Shown piece after piece: positions 1 through 8,632 of a stretch of 35,511 nt of DNA (within the stretch, counting starts at the first letter, position 1; every line of letters begins with the position of its first letter). The stretch lies in assembly GCA_000994805.1 (NCBI GenBank), contig LCEQ01000006.1, positions 1-35,511 of the forward strand, given 5' to 3'. The stretch comes from Candidatus Azambacteria bacterium GW2011_GWA2_42_9. GTDB taxonomy: Bacteria; Patescibacteriota; Minisyncoccia; UBA10092. The notes under the pieces are model-generated. The model saw only the letters and a program-made list of their open reading frames with translations, was not told the DNA's origin and did no database searches. A program made the position numbers and the translations under genes.

Positions 1-571
1 GTATTTTTAACCATTTATATAAATAATAAAAGCTTATGAAAAACGCGGCCGCGGCGGCAACGTCGGTCGTTACCAGACGACTGTGGGCTAAGACCGTGGG
101 AGAAAAAGAATACATTGCTAAGGCAATAACAGCCGCCGATTCACCCCAAAGCTCACGGCTAAATTTCCAAATATAAAATCCCAAAAGAACGCCTATTAAA
201 ATTATTAACAAGCGCCCGTAGCGCATCATTTTCTGAGCGTCGTTTCCGGAATAATAAAGCAGGTCATTGCCAAAAGCGACATCGGTCTGCCAGCTCGGTG
301 TCCTATTGATGTCGGACGTGGATAGTGTGTTCCAACCGAAACTCTGATATGGAAATTTGATTTTTAAAAACAAAAGCGGCAAGGCAGATAAATCTTTCAC
401 AAGCGGCGGATGCTCCGGGTTAAGCCGCATGTCTTTGTGCGTCAGATAAGAATATCCGGCCGGCAAATGGATTCTTTCATCATAATTTGCGCTGTCATTC
501 CACATGCTGGTTATCGCCAGCACACCAAAAATCCCTAAAAGGAGAATTGCTAAATAGTTGACAGATTTCAT
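1..571 (-). CDS. GT-C (ArnT/PMT-like, family 39-type) membrane glycosyltransferase, 5' part; runs off the window
   Basis: Manual translation from ATG at 571: MKSVNYLAILLLGIFGVLAITSMWNDSANYDERIHLPAGYSYL...RLNPEHPPLVK...AHSRLVTTDV. DE and HPPL motifs and several TM segments. Confidence 0.8.
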   Translation of the reverse strand, partial: MKSVNYLAILLLGIFGVLAITSMWNDSANYDERIHLPAGYSYLTHKDMRLNPEHPPLVKDLSALPLLFLKIKFPYQSFGWNTLSTSDINRTPSWQTDVAFGNDLLYYSGNDAQKMMRYGRLLIILIGVLLGFYIWKFSRELWGESAAVIALAMYSFSPTVLAHSRLVTTDVAAAAAFFISFYYLYKWLKI

Positions 572-586
572 ATATTATATTATACT
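558..586 (+). promoter_or_regulatory. sigma70 promoter for the small ORF and tRNA pair
   Basis: TTGACA (558-563), 17-nt spacer, TATACT (581-586). Confidence 0.7.
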
Positions 587-625
587 TTAAATAATTTGCA
601 GTTCTATATATAAAAGGAGGAAAAA

Positions 626-769
626 ATGAAGATAGTATGGGCACTGATAAGCTCAACAACGATTGCTTTTGGGCTGGCGTTTTCCGGGGTTAATCCTCTT
701 GGAGCTGCCTTTCTTGGCATTTCAGTTGTATCTTTTTTGGCATCGATTGATTTAATAGTCAATTCATAA
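626..769 (+). CDS. small hydrophobic protein (47 aa), not in the ORF track
   Basis: AAAGGAGG SD just upstream of ATG; MKIVWALISSTTIAFGLAFSGVNPLGAAFLGISVVSFLASIDLIVNS has two hydrophobic segments. Confidence 0.6.
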   Translation: MKIVWALISSTTIAFGLAFSGVNPLGAAFLGISVVSFLASIDLIVNS

Positions 770-782
770 ATAAGTAAAACCG

Positions 783-858
783 GGGCCCGTAGCTCAGAAG
801 ACAGAGCCGCCGGCTCATAACCGGATGGTCGGAGGTTAAAGTCCTCCCGGGCCCACCA
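783..858 (+). tRNA. tRNA with CAT anticodon, probably tRNA-Ile2
   Basis: Acceptor GGGCCCG/CGGGCCC, anticodon arm CCGG-CTCATAA-CCGG, T arm GGAGG/CCTCC, encoded ACCA. Acceptor resembles Ile2. D and T loops are atypical. Confidence 0.8.
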
Positions 859-869
859 CTTCTTCATTC

Positions 870-955
870 GCTGGGATGCGGAACTGGCAGACGAGGCGGA
901 CTTAAAATCCGCTGGACGCAAGTCCGTGAGGGTTCGAATCCTCCTGGGCCCGCCA
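870..955 (+). tRNA. tRNA-Leu(TAA)-like gene with a non-matching (chimeric) 3' end
   Basis: GAACTGGCAGACG D-arm region, GCGGA-CTTAAAA-TCCGC anticodon arm, long variable arm, TTCGAAT loop. 5' GCTGGGA does not pair with 3' TGGGCCC. Confidence 0.65.
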
Positions 956-977
956 CTCCTTCGGGGGTGTTTTTTTT
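954..977 (+). terminator. intrinsic terminator after the tRNA pair
   Basis: CACTCC-TTCG-GGGGTG hairpin followed by T8. Confidence 0.8.
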
Positions 978-979
978 AT

Positions 980-2524
980 TTAAGGAACTATTACAGCGCC
1001 GACGTTTAATCCGATAATTTCAATCCGGCTTTTTGGATATTTTTTTTGCAAATTATGCAATAAATCGGTATTAAAATAAATCGGAGTGATAACCGTGCTG
1101 TTTTTTCCTAATTCAATTTTAGCAGTTTCATCGGCGCGTAAATAATTTATTTGCTCTTTACCGCGAGTTAAAAAATAAACCGTTTGCGCCGAAACAGGGA
1201 GGCCATTGTCAGTTGGCCGGTCGTCCGGATGCCAAAGAGCGTATTTTTTTACTTCCTCCGGCAAGCCGTTCAAGTAATTTGCCAATTCAACCTGATTGCC
1301 GGAAAAAGCATCAAAAACGCGCGGATTGGACGCCCAATGGTTAAAATATTTATTGAATTCAAAACCGGCAATAAAAACCAGAAAAACAATCAAAAGCCAG
1401 AATATTTCTTTCTTTACGCGCTTATGATCGACATAATTTTGAATTTTCCCGTAAAGCCATAATAATCCGATCCCGGAAAAAATCATTGCCGCGGGCATCG
1501 CTCCTAAAGCCCGCAAAGCGTGAGGATTGCCCTCGGTTGATAAAATATTCGGCAGAAGAAATATGCCCAGCCACGCCAGCATAAATTTTTCGCTAAACCC
1601 TAAGCGCTTAACGCTAATACCCAGCCCCAACAGAAACAAAATCCCGACCGGCCAGAAAAGTTCCGACGAGCCGGCATAATTATGCCGCCAATTGAAATCG
1701 CCAACAACGTTAAACATCCCAAGCGTTGAAGCAGTGCTTATAGCAACGGCCTTAAGCGGATTTTCTGCCGACCAAATTGCCACTTGTCCGCTTCTGCCGA
1801 AGAAATCGCCCGGATTATTTAAAAAATATAACCCGATGGGTAAGGCAATAATGAAACCGGTTATGGTAAACAATAAAAAACCGGTCCATAATTTTTTATT
1901 ACCGTATTTAATTAAATAGGGAATAAAAAACGCAGCAACCAAAACCGGCGCGAAACGGTAAGATATATAAGTGTAAAATCCGAGTCCGAATAAAATCCCA
2001 GCTAAAAATATCAAAATTATAGAAGTCGGACTTCGATAAAAATTATAGAAGTCGGACTTCGATAATTTAAATTCGCGGATTAAAAAATAAAATGACCAGA
2101 TTAAAAATAGCAGCATTAAACCGGCCCGAAATCCGATGCGGCTGAAATTTACCGCCCAAAAACTGACAGCCATAAAAAAACTTGAAGCCAACGCAACTTC
2201 AACGCTAAGAAGCTCTTTTGCTAAAAAATAAAGACCTAAAACCGCTAAAACGCCGGCTAAAGCTGGAAATAATCTTAAAGCCCACGGTTGGGTCCCAAGG
2301 GCCTTAATTGCCAACGCGTCAAGCCAGACAATCATTCCTTCCCGGCCGTTGTTGTTTTGATAAAAAACCGAAAAATTTCCTGTTTTTAAAGAAGACAAAG
2401 CATCGGCGCCGTTCATCGCTTCGTCCTGATAAAGACCGGGCGGAATTGAACCAAACTGCCAAAACCTAAAAAATATCGCAATGGCAATAATTAAAATAAG
2501 TATTACAGTAATTTTATTGGGCAT
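980..2524 (-). CDS. GT-C (ArnT/PMT-like) membrane glycosyltransferase
   Basis: 514 aa polytopic protein; PPGLYQDEA N-terminal loop motif, ALRL..AL.G, FSRIGFR. Confidence 0.85.
   Translation of the reverse strand: MPNKITVILILIIAIAIFFRFWQFGSIPPGLYQDEAMNGADALSSLKTGNFSVFYQNNNGREGMIVWLDALAIKALGTQPWALRLFPALAGVLAVLGLYFLAKELLSVEVALASSFFMAVSFWAVNFSRIGFRAGLMLLFLIWSFYFLIREFKLSKSDFYNFYRSPTSIILIFLAGILFGLGFYTYISYRFAPVLVAAFFIPYLIKYGNKKLWTGFLLFTITGFIIALPIGLYFLNNPGDFFGRSGQVAIWSAENPLKAVAISTASTLGMFNVVGDFNWRHNYAGSSELFWPVGILFLLGLGISVKRLGFSEKFMLAWLGIFLLPNILSTEGNPHALRALGAMPAAMIFSGIGLLWLYGKIQNYVDHKRVKKEIFWLLIVFLVFIAGFEFNKYFNHWASNPRVFDAFSGNQVELANYLNGLPEEVKKYALWHPDDRPTDNGLPVSAQTVYFLTRGKEQINYLRADETAKIELGKNSTVITPIYFNTDLLHNLQKKYPKSRIEIIGLNVGAVIVP
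2013..2064. repeat. perfect 26-bp tandem duplication with a palindromic core, inside the CDS
   Basis: AAAATTATAGAAGTCGGACTTCGATA x2; core GAAGTC-G-GACTTC. Confidence 0.9.
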
Positions 2525-2568
2525 AACCCTATTCTACCAGAAAACAATATATGTTAAAATATATTCAT

Positions 2569-2766
2569 ATGCAAACAGAACAAGAAAAACAACACGCGCC
2601 GGAGATTGAGGCGCTGATACAAATCGCTTTTGAAAAGGGGATAGCGGTGGCAATTGAAGCGGCAAAAGCCAAAAACGACCCGCACCTTTTGGATGATTTT
2701 CACGATGCTTTAATTGACCGTTTTTACCAGAAACTGGTTGAAGCGGGGAAGATCATCAACGAATAA
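2569..2766 (+). CDS. small hypothetical protein
   Basis: ORF 2551-2766; ATG 2569 preferred because TGTTAAAAT (-10-like) lies 8 nt upstream. Confidence 0.65.
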   Translation: MQTEQEKQHAPEIEALIQIAFEKGIAVAIEAAKAKNDPHLLDDFHDALIDRFYQKLVEAGKIINE

Positions 2767-2790
2767 CGAATTCAATACGAATAAACGAAT
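2759..2790. repeat. four copies of ACGAAT
   Basis: ACGAAT at 2759, 2766, 2777 and 2785. Confidence 0.7.
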
Positions 2791-2796
2791 CCGCCC

Positions 2797-5208
2797 ATGA
2801 TTTTTTACCTATTATTTATTTTAGTAATCACCATTGTTTTATGGTTTGTCTGGTTTTTATTTCATCGCGCCTGGCAAAAAGGAATAATTTTCAGTTCTTT
2901 GAATTTTGTTTTGCTTGAAATCCGTTTTCCAAAAATTTTAGAATCGGCCGATATCAATAAAGAAAAAGAAAAGCTTCTAATAATGGAGCAATTTTATAAT
3001 TCCTTAAATACCATCCTGCAAAAAGAAAAAGGTTTTTTTTCTCCCAAACCTTACATAATATTTGAAATTGCTGTACCGGAAGAAAGCGAGGAAATCGGAT
3101 TTTATCTGGCTCTTCCAAAAAAATTTCAAAATACAGTCCAAAGGCAGATTCAAGGGTTTTTTCCCGAAGCTCATCTCGAAGCCGTAAATGATTACAATAT
3201 TTTTAACAGAAGCGGCAAAAATGCCGGATCAGTGCTTAAATTGAAGCGTAATTACATCCTGCCATTCCAAACCTATAAAAAACTCGAAGCCAGCACCCTG
3301 GGTCTGATAACCAACGCTGTTTCATCACTTAAAGCCGCGGGCGAAGGAGTGTCGCTTCAAATTTTAGTCCGGCCGACAAAACATTCCTCAAAAAGCGATG
3401 CCGCAAAAATCATAAAACATCTGTATCAAGGCAAACATTTAGACGAGGCCTTAAACGAGATAGAAAATCCTCTGTCTTTCATTGACGCTTTCAGGGAATT
3501 TTTTAATATCAAAAAATCGGAAGATAAAAATAAACCCATTGAACCGCCCAAAACCCTAACACCGCTTTCTCAGGAACTCATTAACGCCGTTGATAATAAG
3601 GCCAAACAAAATTTGTTTGAAGTTAATATTAGAATTTTGGTGTCATCCGGTACAGGCGAAGAAGCGACTCAGATATTATCAAACGTTGAAAGCGCCTTCG
3701 CCCAGTTTGAGTTTCCAGATCTCAATTCTTTCTATAGTTTCAGGCCGCAAAAAAGAATTTTAAAAAAATTAATTTATAATTTTTCTTTCAGATTATTCAA
3801 TAAATCAGAAAGCATCTGGCTTTCCGGAGAAGAGTTGACCAGCGTTTTTCATTTTCCAATTATTAAAATGGAAACGCCAAAAGTGAGATTCGTTAAAGCC
3901 AAGGCGGCCGCGCCGCCGGCGATTTTGCCGGCATCCGGATCGGTTTTGGGCCGAAATCAATTTAGAAACCAAGAAACTGTTATAAAACTCAATCCGCTTG
4001 ATCGCCGGCGCCACATTTATATTATCGGTCAAACCGGCACCGGCAAGAGCTACCTACTGAGAAATCTTATAAAACAGGATATAGACAGCGGCGCCGGTGT
4101 CGGCGTTATTGACCCCCATGGCGATTTGGTTGAAGCGATTTTGGGACTTGTGCCCCGCCATCGTTTTAACGATGTAGTTTTATTTGATCCGGCCGACACC
4201 GAATGGCCCGCCGGATTAAACTTGCTTGAAGCGGCAACGCCCCAAGAAAAGGACTTCGCCATTCAGGAAATGATCGCCACTTTCCAAAAATTATTTTTAG
4301 CCGAGCATTTAGGGCCGATTTTTGAGCACAGCATGAGAAACGCCATACTTACTTTGATGGCCGATGAGACAAGTCCCGGGACTATTGTTGATATTCCAAG
4401 AGTATTTACCGATCCGGTTTTCATCCGCCAACTTTTGATAAAAGTTACCGATCCTTTAGTCCGCGATTTTTGGGAAAAAGAAATGCTCAAAATGACCGAA
4501 CAATACAAGTCGGAAATGACCGGTTATTTGGTCTCTAAAGTCGGCCGCTTTGTGGAAAATTCAATGATGAGAAACATCATCGGCCAAAGCCGTTCCAGCA
4601 TTGATTTTAACGATATTATGAACAATGGAAAAATTTTTCTTGTTAATCTTTCAAAAGGAAGAATCGGGGAGATAAACAGCGCTCTTTTGGGACTCATAAT
4701 CACTGCCAAACTCCAGATGGCGGCTTTTAAAAGAGCCGAAGAAAAAAATGAAGAATCAAGGCGCGATTTTTATCTTTATATGGACGAATTCCAAAATTTT
4801 ACCACCGATTCCATTGCCACAATTTTAGCCGAGGCCAGAAAATACCGGCTTAATCTTGTTTTAGCCCATCAATTTATCGGCCAGCTCACGGATAAAATCA
4901 GGGACTCGGTTTTTGGCAACGCCGGTTCAATAATTTCGTTTCGAGTCGGACCGGAAGACGCCAAATTTTTAGTTAAATATTTTGAGCCGGTTTTTAGCGA
5001 ACAGGATTTAATAAACATAGATAACCGTCACGCTTATGCCAAACTACTGATAAACGGCGCCACAACAACTCCTTTCAATATCGCAACGGAAACTTCGCCC
5101 GAAAGTAGTTTGGATGAAGCTGAAAAATTACGCGAGTTAAGCCGACAAAAATACGCCAAACCGCGAACGGAAGTTGAAGAAATTATAAATAAACGTTTCG
5201 GGCATTAA
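2797..5208 (+). CDS. VirD4/TraD/TrwB-like (HerA-FtsK superfamily) coupling-protein ATPase with N-terminal membrane anchor
   Basis: Walker A GQTGTGKS, DPHGDL, Walker B YMDEFQ, EARKY..L.LAHQ. Confidence 0.85.
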   Translation: MIFYLLFILVITIVLWFVWFLFHRAWQKGIIFSSLNFVLLEIRFPKILESADINKEKEKLLIMEQFYNSLNTILQKEKGFFSPKPYIIFEIAVPEESEEIGFYLALPKKFQNTVQRQIQGFFPEAHLEAVNDYNIFNRSGKNAGSVLKLKRNYILPFQTYKKLEASTLGLITNAVSSLKAAGEGVSLQILVRPTKHSSKSDAAKIIKHLYQGKHLDEALNEIENPLSFIDAFREFFNIKKSEDKNKPIEPPKTLTPLSQELINAVDNKAKQNLFEVNIRILVSSGTGEEATQILSNVESAFAQFEFPDLNSFYSFRPQKRILKKLIYNFSFRLFNKSESIWLSGEELTSVFHFPIIKMETPKVRFVKAKAAAPPAILPASGSVLGRNQFRNQETVIKLNPLDRRRHIYIIGQTGTGKSYLLRNLIKQDIDSGAGVGVIDPHGDLVEAILGLVPRHRFNDVVLFDPADTEWPAGLNLLEAATPQEKDFAIQEMIATFQKLFLAEHLGPIFEHSMRNAILTLMADETSPGTIVDIPRVFTDPVFIRQLLIKVTDPLVRDFWEKEMLKMTEQYKSEMTGYLVSKVGRFVENSMMRNIIGQSRSSIDFNDIMNNGKIFLVNLSKGRIGEINSALLGLIITAKLQMAAFKRAEEKNEESRRDFYLYMDEFQNFTTDSIATILAEARKYRLNLVLAHQFIGQLTDKIRDSVFGNAGSIISFRVGPEDAKFLVKYFEPVFSEQDLINIDNRHAYAKLLINGATTTPFNIATETSPESSLDEAEKLRELSRQKYAKPRTEVEEIINKRFGH

Positions 5209-5214
5209 TAATTT

Positions 5215-5856
5215 ATGGAAATATTATTTTCAAAAAAAGATTTTTGGCTGGCAGTGTTGGCCGGAGAAATTGTCGCTTGGCTTTCTTTGCCGACTTTAAA
5301 AAACCTCAAGATTTTAGACATTCTAACGGCGCGGGGAATTAATTTAACCAGCTTTGTTATTTTCTGGGCGATATTTATTCCGCTTGGCGCTATCGCCGGA
5401 CTCGGCGCGTTTTATTTTTTGGCAAAATATAAAAACCGTGTCGGATTTTTCCAACTGGGGAAATATGGTGTTATCGGCACTCTAAACACTCTTCTTTATG
5501 CCGGGATATACAATTTATTGATTTTTATCACCGATATTGCGACGGGCCTAACTATTGATTTATTTGCCGTTGTCGCTTTCATTATCACCGTAACTAATAG
5601 TTTTTTTTGTAATAAATATTGGGCATTTGAAGATAAAAAAACTGAAACTTTCAAAGAAGAAGCAATTAAATTTTTTATCGTTTCTTCGCTTGTAGCCATA
5701 ATCAACATCAGTATAATTCACATAACGGTTAATATCATTGGCGCTCCGGCCGGATTTGATTCCAAAATTTGGGCTAATGTCGCCTTGGTTTTTGCTATCA
5801 TTGTGGCCTTCCTCGGCAACTTTTTCGGGTACAAATATATTGTGTTTAACAAATAA
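5215..5856 (+). CDS. GtrA-family membrane protein
   Basis: FFQLGKYGVIG, NSFFCNKYWAF and NFFGYKYIVF GtrA-type segments. Confidence 0.8.
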   Translation: MEILFSKKDFWLAVLAGEIVAWLSLPTLKNLKILDILTARGINLTSFVIFWAIFIPLGAIAGLGAFYFLAKYKNRVGFFQLGKYGVIGTLNTLLYAGIYNLLIFITDIATGLTIDLFAVVAFIITVTNSFFCNKYWAFEDKKTETFKEEAIKFFIVSSLVAIINISIIHITVNIIGAPAGFDSKIWANVALVFAIIVAFLGNFFGYKYIVFNK

Positions 5857-5889
5857 AAAACACGGTTCTAAAACTTGAATCGTGTTTTT
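5856..5889. terminator. probable bidirectional terminator between convergent genes
   Basis: AAAAACACGGTTC...GAATCGTGTTTTT stem. Confidence 0.6.
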
Positions 5890-6670
5890 AATTTTTACAC
5901 CATTTGCCCTCCGGCGTATATTCCCACGCACAGCCGTTTTTGCTGTTTTTTTCCACGTCTTCGGGTTTGTCATGATAAGCCGGAAAAACCAGCGGCGACA
6001 TCCTGTCAAAATCATCAATAAATAATTTAATATCATACGCCGGAATTGCATAGGAAAAAAAACCATCAAAATCAACAGATTTATCCAATTTGTCGGAAGC
6101 GCTGTTAATCCCGATCACATACCCATTTTTATCAATTAACGGGCTGCCACTGAAATAAGTTAAAATTGTCGGGCTATAAATTATCGCGTTAAAATTATAT
6201 TCAGAAGACGCAGACCGGATTGTAAGATTATAACGCCAACCCTTAATGGTGCCTTTAATTACTTGCCAGAATCCGCCGCCATGACCAACGGCTGCCACTT
6301 CTTGTCCAATATATGAATTAGCTTCTTTTTCAAATTCAAGAAATGAAAAATGGGTAATTTTTTTATCGTTTTCATTACTTGGTTTTAGAAGAGCCAAATC
6401 ACCATTTTTCCATTCCCACAATCGTGTAAGCTTAATTCTTTTTCCATTAAATGACAGGGACCAAAGATATTGATTGTCAGAAATAACATGATAATTTGTT
6501 AAAATAGTCCCCGAAGAATCTATAAAAAATCCGCTACCTTTTAAAATATCTCCATCATAAATCGCCACAATGGAAGATTTGACTCTCTCTGTTATCTCAT
6601 TGGGAAATTCAGCAAAAGTAGTGGTAGAAACCATTAAAAAAACAACCGCCAGAATAACCGATTTCTTCAT
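5888..6670 (-). CDS. secreted trypsin-like (S1C/HtrA-type, no PDZ) serine protease
   Basis: Signal peptide; GSGFFI, TNYHV (His), DLALL (Asp), FSGSPL (Ser); GAGGAG SD. Confidence 0.8.
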   Translation of the reverse strand: MKKSVILAVVFLMVSTTTFAEFPNEITERVKSSIVAIYDGDILKGSGFFIDSSGTILTNYHVISDNQYLWSLSFNGKRIKLTRLWEWKNGDLALLKPSNENDKKITHFSFLEFEKEANSYIGQEVAAVGHGGGFWQVIKGTIKGWRYNLTIRSASSEYNFNAIIYSPTILTYFSGSPLIDKNGYVIGINSASDKLDKSVDFDGFFSYAIPAYDIKLFIDDFDRMSPLVFPAYHDKPEDVEKNSKNGCAWEYTPEGKWCKN

Positions 6671-6743
6671 CTTTTCTCCTCAAATTAAAAAAATAAAGAA
6701 CTAAAATTATGTCTAAAATAGCACAAAATTTTTTTCTTGTCAA

Positions 6744-7364
6744 TCAAAATTGCGGTTTAATTTCCGATCGGAAATTTTTCGCCACAATATATGCTTCCTT
6801 ACTGTTTTTTACCGACGCTTCGGGTTTTATAAGATGGACTTCTTTAAATGATTCTTTTGCCATCTTTATGAGCTCCGGCGTGTCCGGGCCTTCAAAAACT
6901 TTAATGACGGCATTGCCGCCTTTTTTGAGTTCTTTTTTAACAACGTCTAAAATCCTTAAAGACAGCTCATGCGCCCGCGACTGGTCAATATCTTTTTGGC
7001 CGGTGGTGTTTGGCGCGGCATCCGATAAAACCGCGTTAAATTTGCGGGCGCTGGCCGCACGTTTGATAACCTCAAATAAATCCGCGTCGTAAATGTCTTT
7101 TTGGATAAAAATGAAGTTCGGTGTCTTTACAATTTTTGTGCTGACCGACTCTGTATCAATCCCTAAAATAAAACCATCGGAGCTAATTTTTTTCCGCGCC
7201 ACTTGAATCCAGCTTCCCGGCGCCGAACCAAAATCCAAAACCAAATCGCCTGGTTTCAAAATTTTAAACCGGCGGTCAATGTCTAATAATTTATAGGCCG
7301 ACCGCGCCAAATAACCTTCTTTTCTAGCGCGCTCCGCCCATTTGTCCTGTGGAATATATGCCAT
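6744..7364 (-). CDS. rlmE: 23S rRNA 2'-O-methyltransferase RlmE/FtsJ
   Basis: RSAYKL, DFGSAPGSW, VLSDAAP, KVFEG, KPEAS..S.E motifs. Confidence 0.93.
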   Translation of the reverse strand: MAYIPQDKWAERARKEGYLARSAYKLLDIDRRFKILKPGDLVLDFGSAPGSWIQVARKKISSDGFILGIDTESVSTKIVKTPNFIFIQKDIYDADLFEVIKRAASARKFNAVLSDAAPNTTGQKDIDQSRAHELSLRILDVVKKELKKGGNAVIKVFEGPDTPELIKMAKESFKEVHLIKPEASVKNSKEAYIVAKNFRSEIKPQF

Positions 7365-7434
7365 AATAGTTAAATCCTAACAGCCATTTTTAAAATTGGC
7401 AAAATCGGTAAAAGAAAAACCGCAAAAATCGCGG

Positions 7435-7830
7435 TTATTGTAAAAAGGATTTAATCAGAGAAATTTTTTCCAAGCGCGCTTTGATTTCCGCTCTCCTGTC
7501 TTCATACATTCTAATTTCTACAACACATAAATTGTCGGAAATGCGCAGATCTGCTTCTTCTGAAAGCTTAATATGACCTGCTAAAAATTCACCAAGTAAA
7601 TCTATAATTTTTTGAAATTCCTTAATTTCATCGGAAATTCTGCGCTCATCAGCCGCCATTTCGTTAGGGCATAGCTCACTGCCATATTCAGCCCAAGCCG
7701 CCAAATTAAATTCTTCCATCGATTTAAGATCACACCTTAGATCTGCTTGTTTCTTTTTTAAGTTCTCAATCGCGGCAATGATTTTTGCTTTATCGACGTC
7801 TGAAATATTTAGGCCTGGATGTAGCGGCAT
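7435..7830 (-). CDS. hypothetical coiled-coil protein
   Basis: 131 aa; GAGGAG SD; TTTACA-17-TAAAAT promoter upstream. Confidence 0.65.
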   Translation of the reverse strand: MPLHPGLNISDVDKAKIIAAIENLKKKQADLRCDLKSMEEFNLAAWAEYGSELCPNEMAADERRISDEIKEFQKIIDLLGEFLAGHIKLSEEADLRISDNLCVVEIRMYEDRRAEIKARLEKISLIKSFLQ

Positions 7831-7881
7831 ATTTTTCTCCTCATTTTTTAAAAAACAAATCTCCTAAGAGTGGGAAAATTT

Positions 7882-7923
7882 TAAAATAAAAACAAAACTT
7901 TGTAAAGTTTTGTTTTTATTTTA
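7882..7923. repeat. perfect 20-bp AT-rich inverted repeat with a 2-nt spacer
   Basis: TAAAATAAAAACAAAACTTT-GT-AAAGTTTTGTTTTTATTTTA. Confidence 0.8.
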
Positions 7924-8631
7924 CCAAGCTATTTTATTATAAAACTCCAGGTTTAGTTTTGGCTTGGGTTTGAGATTTGAGTCAAAGCGGTAAGAAATCA
8001 TGGCGCAATTTTTAATCATATCTTTTTTATCAATCTCTAAAAGGGTTTCTTCGTCAAATTTTTCAAGCAATTTACGGAATGACATCATAACCGCCGAATG
8101 AGAAACAATCAAAATATTGGTTTTTGGATACTCTCTGACCAGCGTATTCAAAAACGACCAAATTCTTAAGTTAACATCTGTGAAGGCCTCGCCGCCGATG
8201 GGTCGATAATAATATTTTTTCTCTTTCTGTTTGCGCTCGTATTCGTATGGAAACAGCGTTTTTAATTCATCGGCAGTCAGTCCATCGGCAATTCCAAATT
8301 CCTTTTCGCGAATGCGTTCTTCAATGATAAATCTTGATTTTGGGAATTTTTTAGCGATAATCTTAGCGGTTTCAAGCGCGCGCTCAAAAGGCGAGGCGAA
8401 AATTATATCAAAATTTTTATAGTGATTTTTTAAAAATTCGGCCGTTTTTGCCGCCTGCTCTCTGCCTTTTTTAGAAAGGGGAATGTCCGCGTTTCGAACA
8501 TCTTTGATATTTTTAGTATAGGTTTTTAAAACACCGCGATTTATAAGTTCGCGTTCTTCGTTATATATTGATTGGCCGTGCCTTACAAGCACCAGATTAT
8601 CCGGCCATTTTTGAATTATTTTATGCGCCAT
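7921..8631 (-). CDS. histidine phosphatase (phosphoglycerate mutase) family protein
   Basis: LVRHGQS, SPFERALETA, REKEFG, GGE, VSH motifs; ATG 8631 follows the stop of the upstream small ORF. Confidence 0.88.
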   Translation of the reverse strand: MAHKIIQKWPDNLVLVRHGQSIYNEERELINRGVLKTYTKNIKDVRNADIPLSKKGREQAAKTAEFLKNHYKNFDIIFASPFERALETAKIIAKKFPKSRFIIEERIREKEFGIADGLTADELKTLFPYEYERKQKEKKYYYRPIGGEAFTDVNLRIWSFLNTLVREYPKTNILIVSHSAVMMSFRKLLEKFDEETLLEIDKKDMIKNCAMISYRFDSNLKPKPKLNLEFYNKIAW

Positions 8632-8632
8632 A

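Noticed and set aside
604-921. 105-aa minus-strand ORF
   Set aside because: Antisense shadow of two tRNAs and the small plus-strand ORF
2013-2064. CRISPR array
   Set aside because: Only two adjacent units, no spacer and no cas genes
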